The notes under the pieces: model-generated
Databases searched by the model: none
Seen by the model: the letters and a program-made list of their open reading frames with translations, nothing else
What the model was told of the DNA's origin: nothing
Made by a program: the position numbers and the translations under genes
DNA from: Tolypothrix carrinoi HA7290-LM1
Lineage (GTDB): Bacteria; Cyanobacteriota; Cyanobacteriia; Cyanobacteriales; Nostocaceae
DNA length: 40,679 nucleotides
Assembly (NCBI GenBank): GCA_019358935.1
Contig: JAHHIK010000077.1
Coordinates: 1 to 40,679 of the forward strand
Reading direction: 5' to 3'
Shown: piece after piece, positions 29,273 to 38,704 of the stretch
Layout of the letters: every line of letters begins with the position of its first letter
Position numbering within the stretch: the stretch's first letter is position 1

Positions 29273-30308
29273 CCAACCATTCTAAAATCCGATTCCAAGC
29301 CCACCACGGGTCTGGGTCTTGTGCTTGGCGTTGTCCTTCTTTGCTGCTTAAATAGCCTATATGACCACCGTGAGCAGTAAGTAACAAATCTATCACCGGA
29401 TTCTCCTCACAAGCGGCTTCTAATTCTGGGACGATCGCTGGATGAAAAAATGGGTCATCCTGGGCGTATATAATCAAAGTTGGTTTTTCTAACTTTGGCA
29501 GCAGTTGTAAAGCGCTGCTTGCTTTGTAATAAGCTTCGACGCTGGGAAAACCCAATCGCGGAATTACCAGTTCTTCATCAAAACCCCAAATGCTGTTAGC
29601 GCGTTCAATCGCTTTTGGGTCAATGGTTCCGGGATGCAAATCGTGGATTCGCCATGCGAGTTTTTTTAAATTCCGAGCGATACCTGCTTCAAAATATTTA
29701 CCAACGGGTTGTCTAACTAAATAAGAAAGCGATCGCAAAGAATCCAAACTCGGACAAATTACCGCACCACCGCCAATCTCACTTTCTGTTATTCCTAAAT
29801 TCTTATTTCCTCTAGTCAATTCTACAGCGGCTTTGAGCGCCCATAACGCCAATTGTCCTCCTAAAGAATATCCTGTAAACCAAAATTTTCCAGGGCATCC
29901 CATAGCCTTAGCAGCCGCCGCTATGCGAACAAAATCTTCCCCCTCATACAAACCATCGCTGGTCAAAGTCGGCGATAATTCTGCGGTTTTGCCGTGTGCC
30001 CGCCAATCAAACAACACTACAGCGTATCCTTGAGCGTATGCTTTGCGTCCCAGCACTCTCAAAATCCATTCTTTTTCTAACTCGCCTGTAATGCCATAAG
30101 TACCGACAATCGTGCTATGAGCATTTTTTGGTATGGCAACCAAGCCATAAATTGGTACACCTTGTCCACCTGTAAATACTTTTTCTTCATAAGGTGGCTC
30201 AGGATGTTGAGTAGTATCCCAATAACGTTTGCCCCACAAAGCGGCATATATAGTCATTTGGACACCGTTTCGCAAAAATCGAGGCGGATTGTAGGCAGCG
30301 TAACACAT
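29148..30308 (-). CDS. YheT-like alpha/beta hydrolase with a repeat-derived C-terminal tail
   Basis: GYSLGG nucleophile, AQDDPF and HGGHIGY motifs. Confidence 0.88.
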   Translation of the reverse strand: MCYAAYNPPRFLRNGVQMTIYAALWGKRYWDTTQHPEPPYEEKVFTGGQGVPIYGLVAIPKNAHSTIVGTYGITGELEKEWILRVLGRKAYAQGYAVVLFDWRAHGKTAELSPTLTSDGLYEGEDFVRIAAAAKAMGCPGKFWFTGYSLGGQLALWALKAAVELTRGNKNLGITESEIGGGAVICPSLDSLRSLSYLVRQPVGKYFEAGIARNLKKLAWRIHDLHPGTIDPKAIERANSIWGFDEELVIPRLGFPSVEAYYKASSALQLLPKLEKPTLIIYAQDDPFFHPAIVPELEAACEENPVIDLLLTAHGGHIGYLSSKEGQRQAQDPDPWWAWNRILEWLGEKSGRGGDGERGGQGGQGRQGGQGRQGGQGRRAWGQATTL

Positions 30309-30443
30309 AATATATAGATTTTAATGTACTTTAGTCTTAATGTTTATTTTAGATTTAAAATCTTTTTTATAATCATTAAAGCAATCTTTGTATCTCCCAA
30401 AGATTCTTAATTATCCTTAACTAGTAGTAGTAAATTTTTACGA

Positions 30444-31187
30444 ATGCCGAGGATTCTTGTCATAGACGATGACCCAGCGATTTCCGAACTTGTAGCCGTC
30501 AACTTGGAAATGGCTGGCTACGATGTCAGCCAAGCTGAAGACGGCATCAAAGGTCAGGCGCTGGCTCTCCAGCTGCAACCAGACTTGATCATGCTCGATC
30601 TGATGTTGCCCAGAGTAGATGGATTTACCGTTTGCCAACGCCTGCGACGGGACGATCGCACCTCTGAAATTCCCGTGTTGATGTTGACCGCTTTAAGCCA
30701 GACTCAAGATAAAGTAGAAGGCTTCAATGCCGGCGCGGATGACTACCTCACCAAGCCGTTTGAAGTTGAAGAAATGCTGGCGCGAGTACGAGCATTATTG
30801 CGCCGTACTGACCGCATTCCCCAAGCTGCCAAGCACAGCGAAATTCTCAATTATGGATCGTTGACCCTCGTTCCGGAAAGATTTGAGGCGATATGGTTCC
30901 ATGAAACTGTGAAACTAACTCACTTGGAATTTGAGTTACTTCACTGTTTATTGCAACGTCACGGACAGACAGTTTCTCCTAGCGAAATCCTTCGGGAAGT
31001 CTGGGGCTACGATCCAGATGATGACATTGAAACGATTCGAGTGCATATCCGCCATCTGAGAACCAAGCTAGAACCAGACCCCCGCCATCCGCGCTACATC
31101 AAGACCGTATATGGTGCGGGATACTGCCTTGAGTTACCCAGTGTTCCTCCATCCGCTGAGAGTGCTTCCACTTCAGTAGTCGAGTAA
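30444..31187 (+). CDS. rpaA: OmpR-family response regulator RpaA
   Basis: [17 protein letters not shown]...[18 protein letters not shown]...[18 protein letters not shown], recognised as RpaA. Confidence 0.93.
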   Translation: MPRILVIDDDPAISELVAVNLEMAGYDVSQAEDGIKGQALALQLQPDLIMLDLMLPRVDGFTVCQRLRRDDRTSEIPVLMLTALSQTQDKVEGFNAGADDYLTKPFEVEEMLARVRALLRRTDRIPQAAKHSEILNYGSLTLVPERFEAIWFHETVKLTHLEFELLHCLLQRHGQTVSPSEILREVWGYDPDDDIETIRVHIRHLRTKLEPDPRHPRYIKTVYGAGYCLELPSVPPSAESASTSVVE

Positions 31188-31220
31188 AATAACTCTCAGT
31201 TAAGTCAGTTTAAGACATAA

Positions 31221-31260
31221 ATTGGCACTCTCAGACTGAAAAAATTCAGAGAGTGCCAAT
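31221..31260. terminator. Hairpin between convergent genes, probable terminator
   Basis: 12-bp stem ATTGGCACTCTC/GAGAGTGCCAAT. Confidence 0.7.
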
Positions 31261-31291
31261 CTTGCTTTGTGTATTTAATTTTCCGAAAAAT

Positions 31292-32017
31292 TTACCCATT
31301 CGCGGATTTCCGGCGGGAAATCAGGTAGATGCCTAAGAGGGACAAACCAGCAACAGTTCCAGGTTCGGGAATGGTTTTTGCTGGTGGAACCTCAGTGATT
31401 TTAGCATAAATAGCTGCTGTGGTTTCTTTTCCTTCAAGAACTCGAAACTCGCTGACATCAGTAGTGCTTCCCTTTTCTCTAAAGCCAGTTAACGAGAGTG
31501 TATATTTCTTGTCAGCAAAGGTAAAATTGCGATTGCCAAAGTTTTTACCCACATAAACAAAATCTGCGTTATCCGCAGGATTTGGTGAATCGTTGGGTGT
31601 ATTTTTTAGATGAAAGTCGAAGTTAAAAACTTCACTAACATTAACGCGATCGCCGAATGATACATGGAGATTTAAAGGTACAAAATCAACGCTTGTACCT
31701 GGTGTCACCGATCCATTAAAGTAAGTCAAATCACCTATCTTAAATAAAGATCCCATTTCACTAGAAAATGAATCTCCACTAAAGGTAAGTTGATTTTGAC
31801 CCGTGCCAAAATCATCAGCATCTCCCCAGCTAAATGAATTACTTCCCACACCCGAATAGATGGGTTTGGTATTCATACCCCCTGGAGTAGGTTCTCCCCA
31901 CACACCACTCGATTCACCTGAAAAAGTTAGAGCTTGAGCTTGACTGGAGAAACCAAGCGCTGTTAAAGCACTAACAGCAACAGACAAAGTAGTAACAAAA
32001 ACTGAACTTAGTTTCAT
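31292..32017 (-). CDS. Secreted PEP-CTERM protein (choice-of-anchor K-like domain)
   Basis: Signal peptide ending AQA; FKIGDLTYFNG; C-terminal IPEPGT-TM-RRK. Confidence 0.85.
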   Translation of the reverse strand: MKLSSVFVTTLSVAVSALTALGFSSQAQALTFSGESSGVWGEPTPGGMNTKPIYSGVGSNSFSWGDADDFGTGQNQLTFSGDSFSSEMGSLFKIGDLTYFNGSVTPGTSVDFVPLNLHVSFGDRVNVSEVFNFDFHLKNTPNDSPNPADNADFVYVGKNFGNRNFTFADKKYTLSLTGFREKGSTTDVSEFRVLEGKETTAAIYAKITEVPPAKTIPEPGTVAGLSLLGIYLISRRKSANG

Positions 32018-32459
32018 AGTTAGGCTACAACTCCTATCCAGGAGTTCGTCTCAAGTAGGCGACCCGTCCACAGTAGTAAATATACGGAACAGATGCCAAC
32101 CTATTCTTCTCATTTTCATGAACTCTTTATATTCAATTCGTAATTTCTTCTCAAAAGAGTTTATTTTCTAAACAGCTTTTGATGCTGTTGGCTCAAAATT
32201 TCCAGTAGTTTGATGCGTGTATTAGTCTAAATTGATTTGTAGATGCTTAGTAGACTGCTCTGATGAAGAACTACTGAAAATATTAATCCGTAGACTGCTC
32301 TGTTTTTCACAAAATAATCACTTGATACAAGCATCTTGCATGTAGGCAAGCATACTCGTATATTCTCTACGTATTTAACCCTGCGTTTTTATTATAACAA
32401 ATAATTTGGGATTTCTAGTGGCGATTACTTATTCCGTCAGAGAAAAATACACATCGAAT

Positions 32460-32789
32460 GGGGGCAGGGGGCAGGGGGCAGGGGGGACAAGGGGAGCCAG
32501 TGCGTTGCGCGGGTTTCCCGCGTTGAAGCATCTGGCGTGGACGAGGAGACAAGGGGAGCCAGTGCGTTGCGCGGGTTTCCCGCGTTGAAGCATCTGGCGT
32601 GGACAAGGGGACAAGGAGGACAAGGGGGACAAGGGGAGCCAGTGCGTTGCGCGGGTTTCCCGCGTTGAAGCATCTGGCGTGGACAAGGGGACAAGGAGAC
32701 AAGGAGACAAGGAGAATAATTCTTCTTTCTCCCCATCTCCCCATCTCCCCATCTCCCCATCTCCCCCTCTCCCCAGTCCCCCACTCCCC
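32460..32789. repeat. STRR block with three identical 52-bp structured units (32491-32542, 32553-32604, 32633-32684)
   Basis: GGGGAGCCAGTGCGTTGCGCGGGTTTCCCGCGTTGAAGCATCTGGCGTGGAC x3, embedded in GACAAGG repeats. Confidence 0.93.
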
Positions 32790-34010
32790 TTAGGGCGCGA
32801 GGGCGTTACCGCGAAGTAGACTAGCAATAGTCTTTGCGGTAATTTTGAGTTGAACGATCGGGTTTGCTGGAACAACCGTTTTATACAGATAGCTATCAAA
32901 AGTTAGCCGCTGCACATCCATGTCAGCGCACATTTCTACAAATGCTTCGCGGGTAGCGTCGGAACGATAAAAGACATTTTGCAGGATGTCCAACACTTTG
33001 TAGGTGAGACCGTATTTTTTATCCCAACGCTTCAAGTAAACCTTAAGGTCTGCTTCCGTGGGAATACAAACACCGCCGTTAGACATTTCTACAATCGTTT
33101 CCGCACACATCCGCCCGGATTTTGCGGCAAAGTAAATGCCTTCACCAGAGGACTTGGTAACGTAACCAGCAGCGTCACCTATTAAAGCGATGCGACCGAC
33201 AACGCGACGGGGACGGGGATGTTCGGGAATCGGGTGTGCTTCGACTTTGATAATTTCACCGCCGGCGAGTTTTCGGGCAGCGCGAGCGCGGATACCAGCT
33301 TGTAACTGTTTGATGCTGGCTTTGTGAACCTGCATTGTGCCGGTACCGACAGCTACGTGGTCGTATTTGGGGAAAACCCAGGCGTAAAAGTCGGTAGAAA
33401 CGTCATCGCCAACGTACATTTCGGCGAGGTCGTTGTAATATGCCATTTTGTCTTGAGGTAGACGAATGCGCTCTTGGAAAGCGATCGCATAATTATAATC
33501 CCCGGCATCCATCTCTTTGGCAATGCGGGAATTTGCTCCATCTGCCCCAATAATTAAATCAACTTTCAGGGTTTTGGCAATACCCTGTGCGCCGCTTTCC
33601 GTATGGTCAACGTAATGGATGGTATACGGGTCTGTATTGTTTGTGGGAAAATCGAGTTTATGAACAGTGGCATTAATTAAATTTGCGCCGAGTTTTGCCG
33701 CACGATTTCGCAGAAAGCCATCCAGCACTTCGCGCCGGCACATTCCTATATATTCATCTTCATTTACTAGATTGATATCAACCTCACGGTTCGAGGGCGA
33801 AATCATTTTCATTTTCCGCACTCGGCGATCGATAATCTCCGGAGGCAAATCAAACTCACTCACCATGCACAGGGGAATTGCACCGCCGCAAGGCTTGGCA
33901 TTGTCTAGCTTGCGCTCAAATAGGTAAGTTTCAATTCCAGCTTTCGCCAAAGTTTCGGCGGCACAAGAACCAGCTGGACCTGACCCAACAACAGCAACCC
34001 GTAGTGTCAA
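32790..34010 (-). CDS. chlP: Geranylgeranyl reductase ChlP (406 aa)
   Basis: TTG start at 34010 with GGAG SD; VAVVGSGPAG, AKPCGGAIP and SGEGIYFAAKSG motifs. Confidence 0.95.
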   Translation of the reverse strand: MTLRVAVVGSGPAGSCAAETLAKAGIETYLFERKLDNAKPCGGAIPLCMVSEFDLPPEIIDRRVRKMKMISPSNREVDINLVNEDEYIGMCRREVLDGFLRNRAAKLGANLINATVHKLDFPTNNTDPYTIHYVDHTESGAQGIAKTLKVDLIIGADGANSRIAKEMDAGDYNYAIAFQERIRLPQDKMAYYNDLAEMYVGDDVSTDFYAWVFPKYDHVAVGTGTMQVHKASIKQLQAGIRARAARKLAGGEIIKVEAHPIPEHPRPRRVVGRIALIGDAAGYVTKSSGEGIYFAAKSGRMCAETIVEMSNGGVCIPTEADLKVYLKRWDKKYGLTYKVLDILQNVFYRSDATREAFVEMCADMDVQRLTFDSYLYKTVVPANPIVQLKITAKTIASLLRGNALAP

Positions 34011-34138
34011 AGGTCTTCTCCCAATCTTGACATTTACCGAAAGCATACTACCACGTACTTTTGGCTCTTTTGTCTCTTTGGCTGACGCAAAAGCGTGAAA
34101 TGCAACATTCCTTAATTTTTCGCTACAAAAGCCAAAGT

Positions 34139-34459
34139 TGGGAATTGGGAATTGGGCATCGGGCATGGGGCATTGGGGAATGGGTAATGGGTAATGGGGC
34201 AGGGGGCAGGGAGACAAGGCAGACAAGGGAGACAAGGGGCTTTTTTAAGAGGGGAAAAGGAGAAAGGGGAAAGGGGAAAGGAAAGAATTATTACCAATGC
34301 CCAATTACCCATTACCCATTACCCATTACCCATTACCCATTACCCATTACCCATTACCCATTGCCCATTGCCCATTGCCCATTACCCATTACCCATTACC
34401 CATTGCCCATTGCCCCATGCCCCATGCCCAATGCCCAATGCCCCATGCCCAATTACCAA
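34139..34459. repeat. Compound opposed STRR block
   Basis: GGGAATT/GGGCAT/GGGTAAT, GACAAGG and GGGGAAA units, then (CCCATTA/CCCATTG)n. Confidence 0.95.
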
Positions 34460-34707
34460 TTCCTCATTTTCTGCTTTTGGCACTTTCTCAGTAGTATCAC
34501 GGTTATTCCCGCGCCAGCAAATATTATTCCGGCATTTGGTGGTTCCGGTACAGCTACGGATGCTTTTTGGTTATTTTTAGTAGCCAAAGCTTGACTTACA
34601 GTGTCTGGTTGCTTGTCCGGCGCTTTGTTTTGGTGTTTGTTGTGTCCATGATGACCACCACCGAAAAGCATCATAAAAGCTAAGATTACTTTTGTTACGG
34701 CTTCCAC
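34453..34707 (-). CDS. Very small PEP-CTERM protein (84 aa) with a His-rich patch
   Basis: AGGAG SD and GTG start; hydrophobic N-terminus, GGGHHGHNKH, VPEP-TM-RKCQKQK. Confidence 0.7.
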   Translation of the reverse strand: MEAVTKVILAFMMLFGGGHHGHNKHQNKAPDKQPDTVSQALATKNNQKASVAVPEPPNAGIIFAGAGITVILLRKCQKQKMRNW

Positions 34708-35157
34708 AGTATTTCTCCTATAAAGTCAAAATTATTACACTGGCTTAATAGAGCTAATGGTCAAAATTTTGACAAGTGTTTGAAGCAAATATGTAAGCCG
34801 CCTTCACATACGCTTTGGATAAGATTAAAATTATTTACCACCAATAACCTCTGTGAAGATGAGATCAAGACTGAAGTCCTGATTACAAAAATATTTGATT
34901 ACGGGCAATTAAATGGACATGATATAAGGTCTGTACGGGGGGTGTGGGATTTCTACCAATAATTTTTAACCGAACCGTATTGGCTTTCAAACGCAAAGTA
35001 GAGACGTTCCGTCAAAACGTCTGGCTCGATAAATTAGGAATTTTATATTAATATTCAGCAAGGCGGAAATAGCTGTATATCCACCTGACAATTCCCACTT
35101 TATAAACATGCATATTTACCTGAACGCCACCGTAATACTACTGAATATCAAATTTCA

Positions 35158-35691
35158 TCACTTTTGATTTTCATCCAAGATAGTTCCTTCCAGATTTGCT
35201 CCTTCCAAGTTTGCCCCATTCAAGTTTGCTTGGTTCAAATCGGCTTGACTCAAATTTGCTTGACTCAAATCTGCAACAGCTAAATCAGCTCCTGTCAAAT
35301 CAGCTTGATCGAGATTTGCCGCGCTCAGATTTGCCTCGCTCAAATCTGCGTCGCTCAAGTTGGCATCAATCATCTTGGCTACAGTCAATTCAGATTGACT
35401 AAGGTTAGCGTTGTGAAAAATTGCTCCCTCTAAAATTGCCCCATCCAAAATTGCTCCACTCAAGTTAGCTTCACTTAAATCGGCATTCGTTAAATTTGCC
35501 CCATTCAAGTCTGCTTGAGTTAAACTGCAAGAGCGCAAATTAGAAGAAGTCAAATTCGCACCATCAAGTATGGCTCTATCTAAAATTGCCCCACTAAGAT
35601 CCACTCCTTGCAAAGAAGCTTCACTCAGATTTACTTCTGTAAAATCTCTTTCACCTGCGGCATATTTTGCCAGAAGTTGTTCGGCTTTCAT
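35158..35691 (-). CDS. Pentapeptide-repeat protein
   Basis: LLAKYAAGERDF N-terminus followed by A(D/N)Lxx repeats. Confidence 0.93.
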   Translation of the reverse strand: MKAEQLLAKYAAGERDFTEVNLSEASLQGVDLSGAILDRAILDGANLTSSNLRSCSLTQADLNGANLTNADLSEANLSGAILDGAILEGAIFHNANLSQSELTVAKMIDANLSDADLSEANLSAANLDQADLTGADLAVADLSQANLSQADLNQANLNGANLEGANLEGTILDENQK

Positions 35692-35774
35692 CGGCTTTTC
35701 TCCGTAAGGCTTCTGCTATATCAATTAAGCCACAAATTAATCAGAAACATCCCTACCCTGCGATAGTTATTCAA

Positions 35775-36344
35775 TTAACGCATTGGTGTGGGAACCCATT
35801 TCTGGAAACCTTCTAGATGAATCCAATAAGCGTTATAGCCAATAAATCCCCAAATCAAACCGGCTAATATTAGCACAGCTACACCAATTAATCGCCAAGT
35901 TCGATTTTTCCAATAGAGTGTTGGCGCGGCACAGATGCCGCCCAACCCTGTTAAAATAAAGCCGATGCCTGATATCAGTGGTTGTTTTGTTAGCCCCAAG
36001 CTGATAATGCGTGAACCGATGACGATCGCCACTAAACCAACGAAAAAAGCATAAATCGCTATTGTCAGTAACTCCCATCCTTGAGAAAGAGCGATCGCCG
36101 TCGCCATGAACAACGCACCAAATAAAACGGTAGTTTCACCAAAAGCAATATTAAAGCTACTAATTACGGGCCAAGTCAAGATCATGTGCAAACCAGTCAC
36201 AAGAGCGATCGCACCCACAATCCCAAAACCCGGAATCCACTGTTTTTGACGAGGGTTATCTATCCCCTCATACAGATAGTAAGCCAGTAAAAACAACCCG
36301 GCTACCATGTTGATCAGCATTAGCGTGATGTAATCGATAAACAC
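35775..36344 (-). CDS. DUF981-family membrane protein
   Basis: MFIDYITLML start, LTWP..SSFNIAFGE, multiple TM segments; GAGG SD. Confidence 0.8.
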   Translation of the reverse strand: MFIDYITLMLINMVAGLFLLAYYLYEGIDNPRQKQWIPGFGIVGAIALVTGLHMILTWPVISSFNIAFGETTVLFGALFMATAIALSQGWELLTIAIYAFFVGLVAIVIGSRIISLGLTKQPLISGIGFILTGLGGICAAPTLYWKNRTWRLIGVAVLILAGLIWGFIGYNAYWIHLEGFQKWVPTPMR

Positions 36345-36424
36345 AATTCACCTCTTGCTCTGGTTCCGGGTTGCTCAAATAGAAGCGAACAAACTCAAAC
36401 TAACTCAAAGTACAATATCGCTTC

Positions 36425-36768
36425 GTGAAGTACCCCATCTTGCCTTCGGCTGAAGATGGGGCGTATCCCTTATCCAGACTTAGAACAAGGACGGTTTTAT
36501 TCGTCTTCGGAGTTTCCCGTCTCAACCGCCGATGCCTCCTCAAACCCGTGTTTGATTTGGTCTTACTCCGCGTCCACAGGCAGACACCCGCCTTCCGCAG
36601 GTGTATATCTTTTCCGTACATTCCTGTGTGGCTTATCTTTTACCGCCTTCGTATATGGGGGCGAACCAGTGACCGGAATCTTTTCCCCTTTCTCTCGCTC
36701 TTAGTCTTGGCAAGCGTCTTACCGCTACTGTAGCCGTTTGTTATGAGTCGAGTGGGTGGGTTAGCAAC
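36425..36768 (-). ncRNA. Putative structured RNA with an omega/reRNA-like 3' half
   Basis: TATAAT immediately upstream; stems with G.U pairs on the minus strand (36584-36604, 36468-36490); GCCTGTGGA...GTAAGACC...GGCAT...TTGA..GGAA pattern resembling tnpB 3' ends. Confidence 0.5.
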
Positions 36769-36808
36769 CATTATAATGGTAGCATATAACGAGTGTATTT
36801 GCTACCAT
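36764..36808. promoter_or_regulatory. Palindromic bidirectional -10 element and candidate RHH operator
   Basis: ACCATTATAATGGT (36767-36780) gives TATAAT on both strands; IR ATGGTAGCA (36776-36784) / TGCTACCAT (36800-36808). Confidence 0.55.
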
Positions 36809-36953
36809 GACTCAAATTAGTTTGCGGCTATCTGAATGGGAAAAAGAACATTTGCAGAAATACTGCGAACTGACCGAACCGAATCAAACAGAGGTGTTGA
36901 GAGAATTCGTTCGTCGATTGTCAATTCCCGGGGCATTGAACCTTCTTGATTGA
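36807..36953 (+). CDS. 48-aa ribbon-helix-helix (CopG-like) protein, below the ORF-track size cutoff
   Basis: MTQISLRLSEWEKEHLQKYCELTEPNQTEVLREFVRRLSIPGALNLLD: beta strand ISLRL followed by two amphipathic helices. Confidence 0.72.
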   Translation: MTQISLRLSEWEKEHLQKYCELTEPNQTEVLREFVRRLSIPGALNLLD

Positions 36954-37154
36954 CCGCCTATCCATCCCCACCCTATAGAGGGATGGGGAATTCCGGCGAA
37001 TTCGTTAAATTTCTTTTCAACTCAACTAAAAATGCTTCACTAACCCGTCTTTTTAATTCTTTAGTGAATTCATTCTTTTCCGCATCTTTCCAATGGCATA
37101 TCTTTAACTATACCATTGGTATGATTTTTCATTGTAACTACTTAAAATTTTTTG

Positions 37155-37535
37155 TTAGGCACTTACTTTATTACCTTTCTTTCCCCATCCGGATCTAACT
37201 TTTTTATGATAAACACCCCACTCTTGAATACCCCGTTGCTGAAGAATCGCTTTCGCATCGTCTATTTCATCTTTGACATTTTCTAATACAAGTAAAAAAT
37301 TACCTTGAAACAATTGAGATTTATAAAATTTGGCTCTTTCTTTAGGGATACCCCTTCTTGCTAAAGCACTACTGATACTGTCTTCTTCACCCATTGCGCT
37401 TTTAATCCAGGCATTAGTCAACAGGGATACTTTCTCTAAAGAAAAACCTGCGTTTTTCAGTTCACCAAGGGCAGCTTCGACATCTTGACGAATTGAGAAT
37501 ATACCCACAGCGTATTTGCATGTTGTGAAAACCAT
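37155..37535 (-). CDS. General stress protein (17M/YflT-like), short form
   Basis: AVGIFS...AALGELKNAGFSLEKVSL and GIPKERAKFY...GNFLLV; AGGAG SD. Confidence 0.7.
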   Translation of the reverse strand: MVFTTCKYAVGIFSIRQDVEAALGELKNAGFSLEKVSLLTNAWIKSAMGEEDSISSALARRGIPKERAKFYKSQLFQGNFLLVLENVKDEIDDAKAILQQRGIQEWGVYHKKVRSGWGKKGNKVSA

Positions 37536-37930
37536 TTTTACTTATACTCCTTTTAACCAGATTTAACTTAAGCTATATTGACATATTTTTTCATCAGTCA
37601 TAAGTATAGCTTTAATGCATTGATATTTAATATTGATTCTTAAATTAACTGTTACTTAACATTACGATTTTCTTTCTTTATTTAAGTCAGGAAAATCTCA
37701 CAAATTAAGTAATTTCTGAAAAATATGTCAACGTATCGTGATAATGTCAAAAAAAGTGCAAAATTTCGCATTCTTCATAGTCACAAGATTTCCAGATTTT
37801 AGTTTTAAAACTGATATTTATAGGGCAATGGGGAATTGGGCATGGGGCATGGGGCATACAAAGAAATTTGGCTTTATTCCCATTAAACAATTGCCCATTA
37901 AACAATTGCCCAATTCCCAAGGAGGTATTT

Positions 37931-38680
37931 ATGGCAGGTAAATTAGATAAGAAAGTAGCAATTATCACCGGAGCTTCATCTGGGATTGGTGAAGCAACAG
38001 CGATCGCACTCTTCGCAGAAGGGGCAAAAGTGGCGATCGCCGCTAGGCGTGGAGAACTCTTAGATAAATTGGCACAACGCATTGAAGCTAGTGGTGGCGA
38101 GGCTTTGCCAATTGTTGCCGATTTGACTGACGAAACTCAAGCAAAGAATTTGGTGCAAAAGGTACATGCTCATTACGGTCGCGTAGATATACTGATAAAT
38201 AATGCAGGTTTGGCATTATCTGGTGATATTGATGGCGCGGATACCTCAGATTGGCGACGGATGATAGACATTAACCTTTTGGGAGTGCTTTATGTGACTC
38301 ATGCTACTCTGCCGATATTTAAAGCGCAAAAAATGGGGCATATCGTTAACATCTCCTCAGTCGCGGGTAGAACAGCGCGGGCGGGCATCGGTGTTTATAA
38401 TTTGACAAAATGGGGTATCAACGGTTTTTCCGAAGCGTTGCGGCAAGAAGTATACAAAGACAATATCCGCGTTACCATCGTTGAACCTGGGATGGTAGAC
38501 ACAGAAATAGACAGTCATATAACTGATGCGATCGCTAAACAGCGTACCATAGAAAGGCGTAACTCTATCACACCACTGCAAAGCGAAGACGTTGCGGGGG
38601 CGATCGTTTACGCAGTCACCCAACCGCAGCGCGTTAACGTTAACGAAATCCTGATTCGACCAACTGAACAAGGATGGTAA
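37931..38680 (+). CDS. Classical SDR oxidoreductase (YdfG/clavaldehyde dehydrogenase-like)
   Basis: GGAGG SD and ATG 37931; TGASSGIG, NNAG, YNLTK, EPGMVDT and VNEILIRP motifs. Confidence 0.9.
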   Translation: MAGKLDKKVAIITGASSGIGEATAIALFAEGAKVAIAARRGELLDKLAQRIEASGGEALPIVADLTDETQAKNLVQKVHAHYGRVDILINNAGLALSGDIDGADTSDWRRMIDINLLGVLYVTHATLPIFKAQKMGHIVNISSVAGRTARAGIGVYNLTKWGINGFSEALRQEVYKDNIRVTIVEPGMVDTEIDSHITDAIAKQRTIERRNSITPLQSEDVAGAIVYAVTQPQRVNVNEILIRPTEQGW

Positions 38681-38704
38681 GCGTCGCTTTGTTCTATTAA
38701 AATT

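Larger units (their letters stand above)
36425..37005 (-). mobile_element. Non-autonomous IS200/IS605-like element lacking tnpA and tnpB
   Basis: Subterminal hairpins at 36433-36461 (minus strand ends GGGGTACTTCAC) and 36965-36989. No TIR or TSD. The boundary near 37005 is approximate. Confidence 0.7.

Noticed and set aside
32491..32684. CRISPR-like array of three identical repeats
   Set aside because: Repeats are 52 bp, the spacers (10 and 28 bp) are just STRR units, there are no cas genes, and a dispersed copy lies at 1621.
36662..36674. tRNA-like GGTCACTGGTTCG on the minus strand
   Set aside because: No T-stem closure, cloverleaf or acceptor stem.
36400..36733. ORFs of 73-102 aa inside the IS605-like element
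   Set aside because: No recognisable TnpB (zinc finger, DxNAA) or other motifs; they overlap on both strands in GC-rich structured DNA.
37931..38680. SDR as a relocated hetN
   Set aside because: No RGSGR, and its motifs fit the YdfG-like class.
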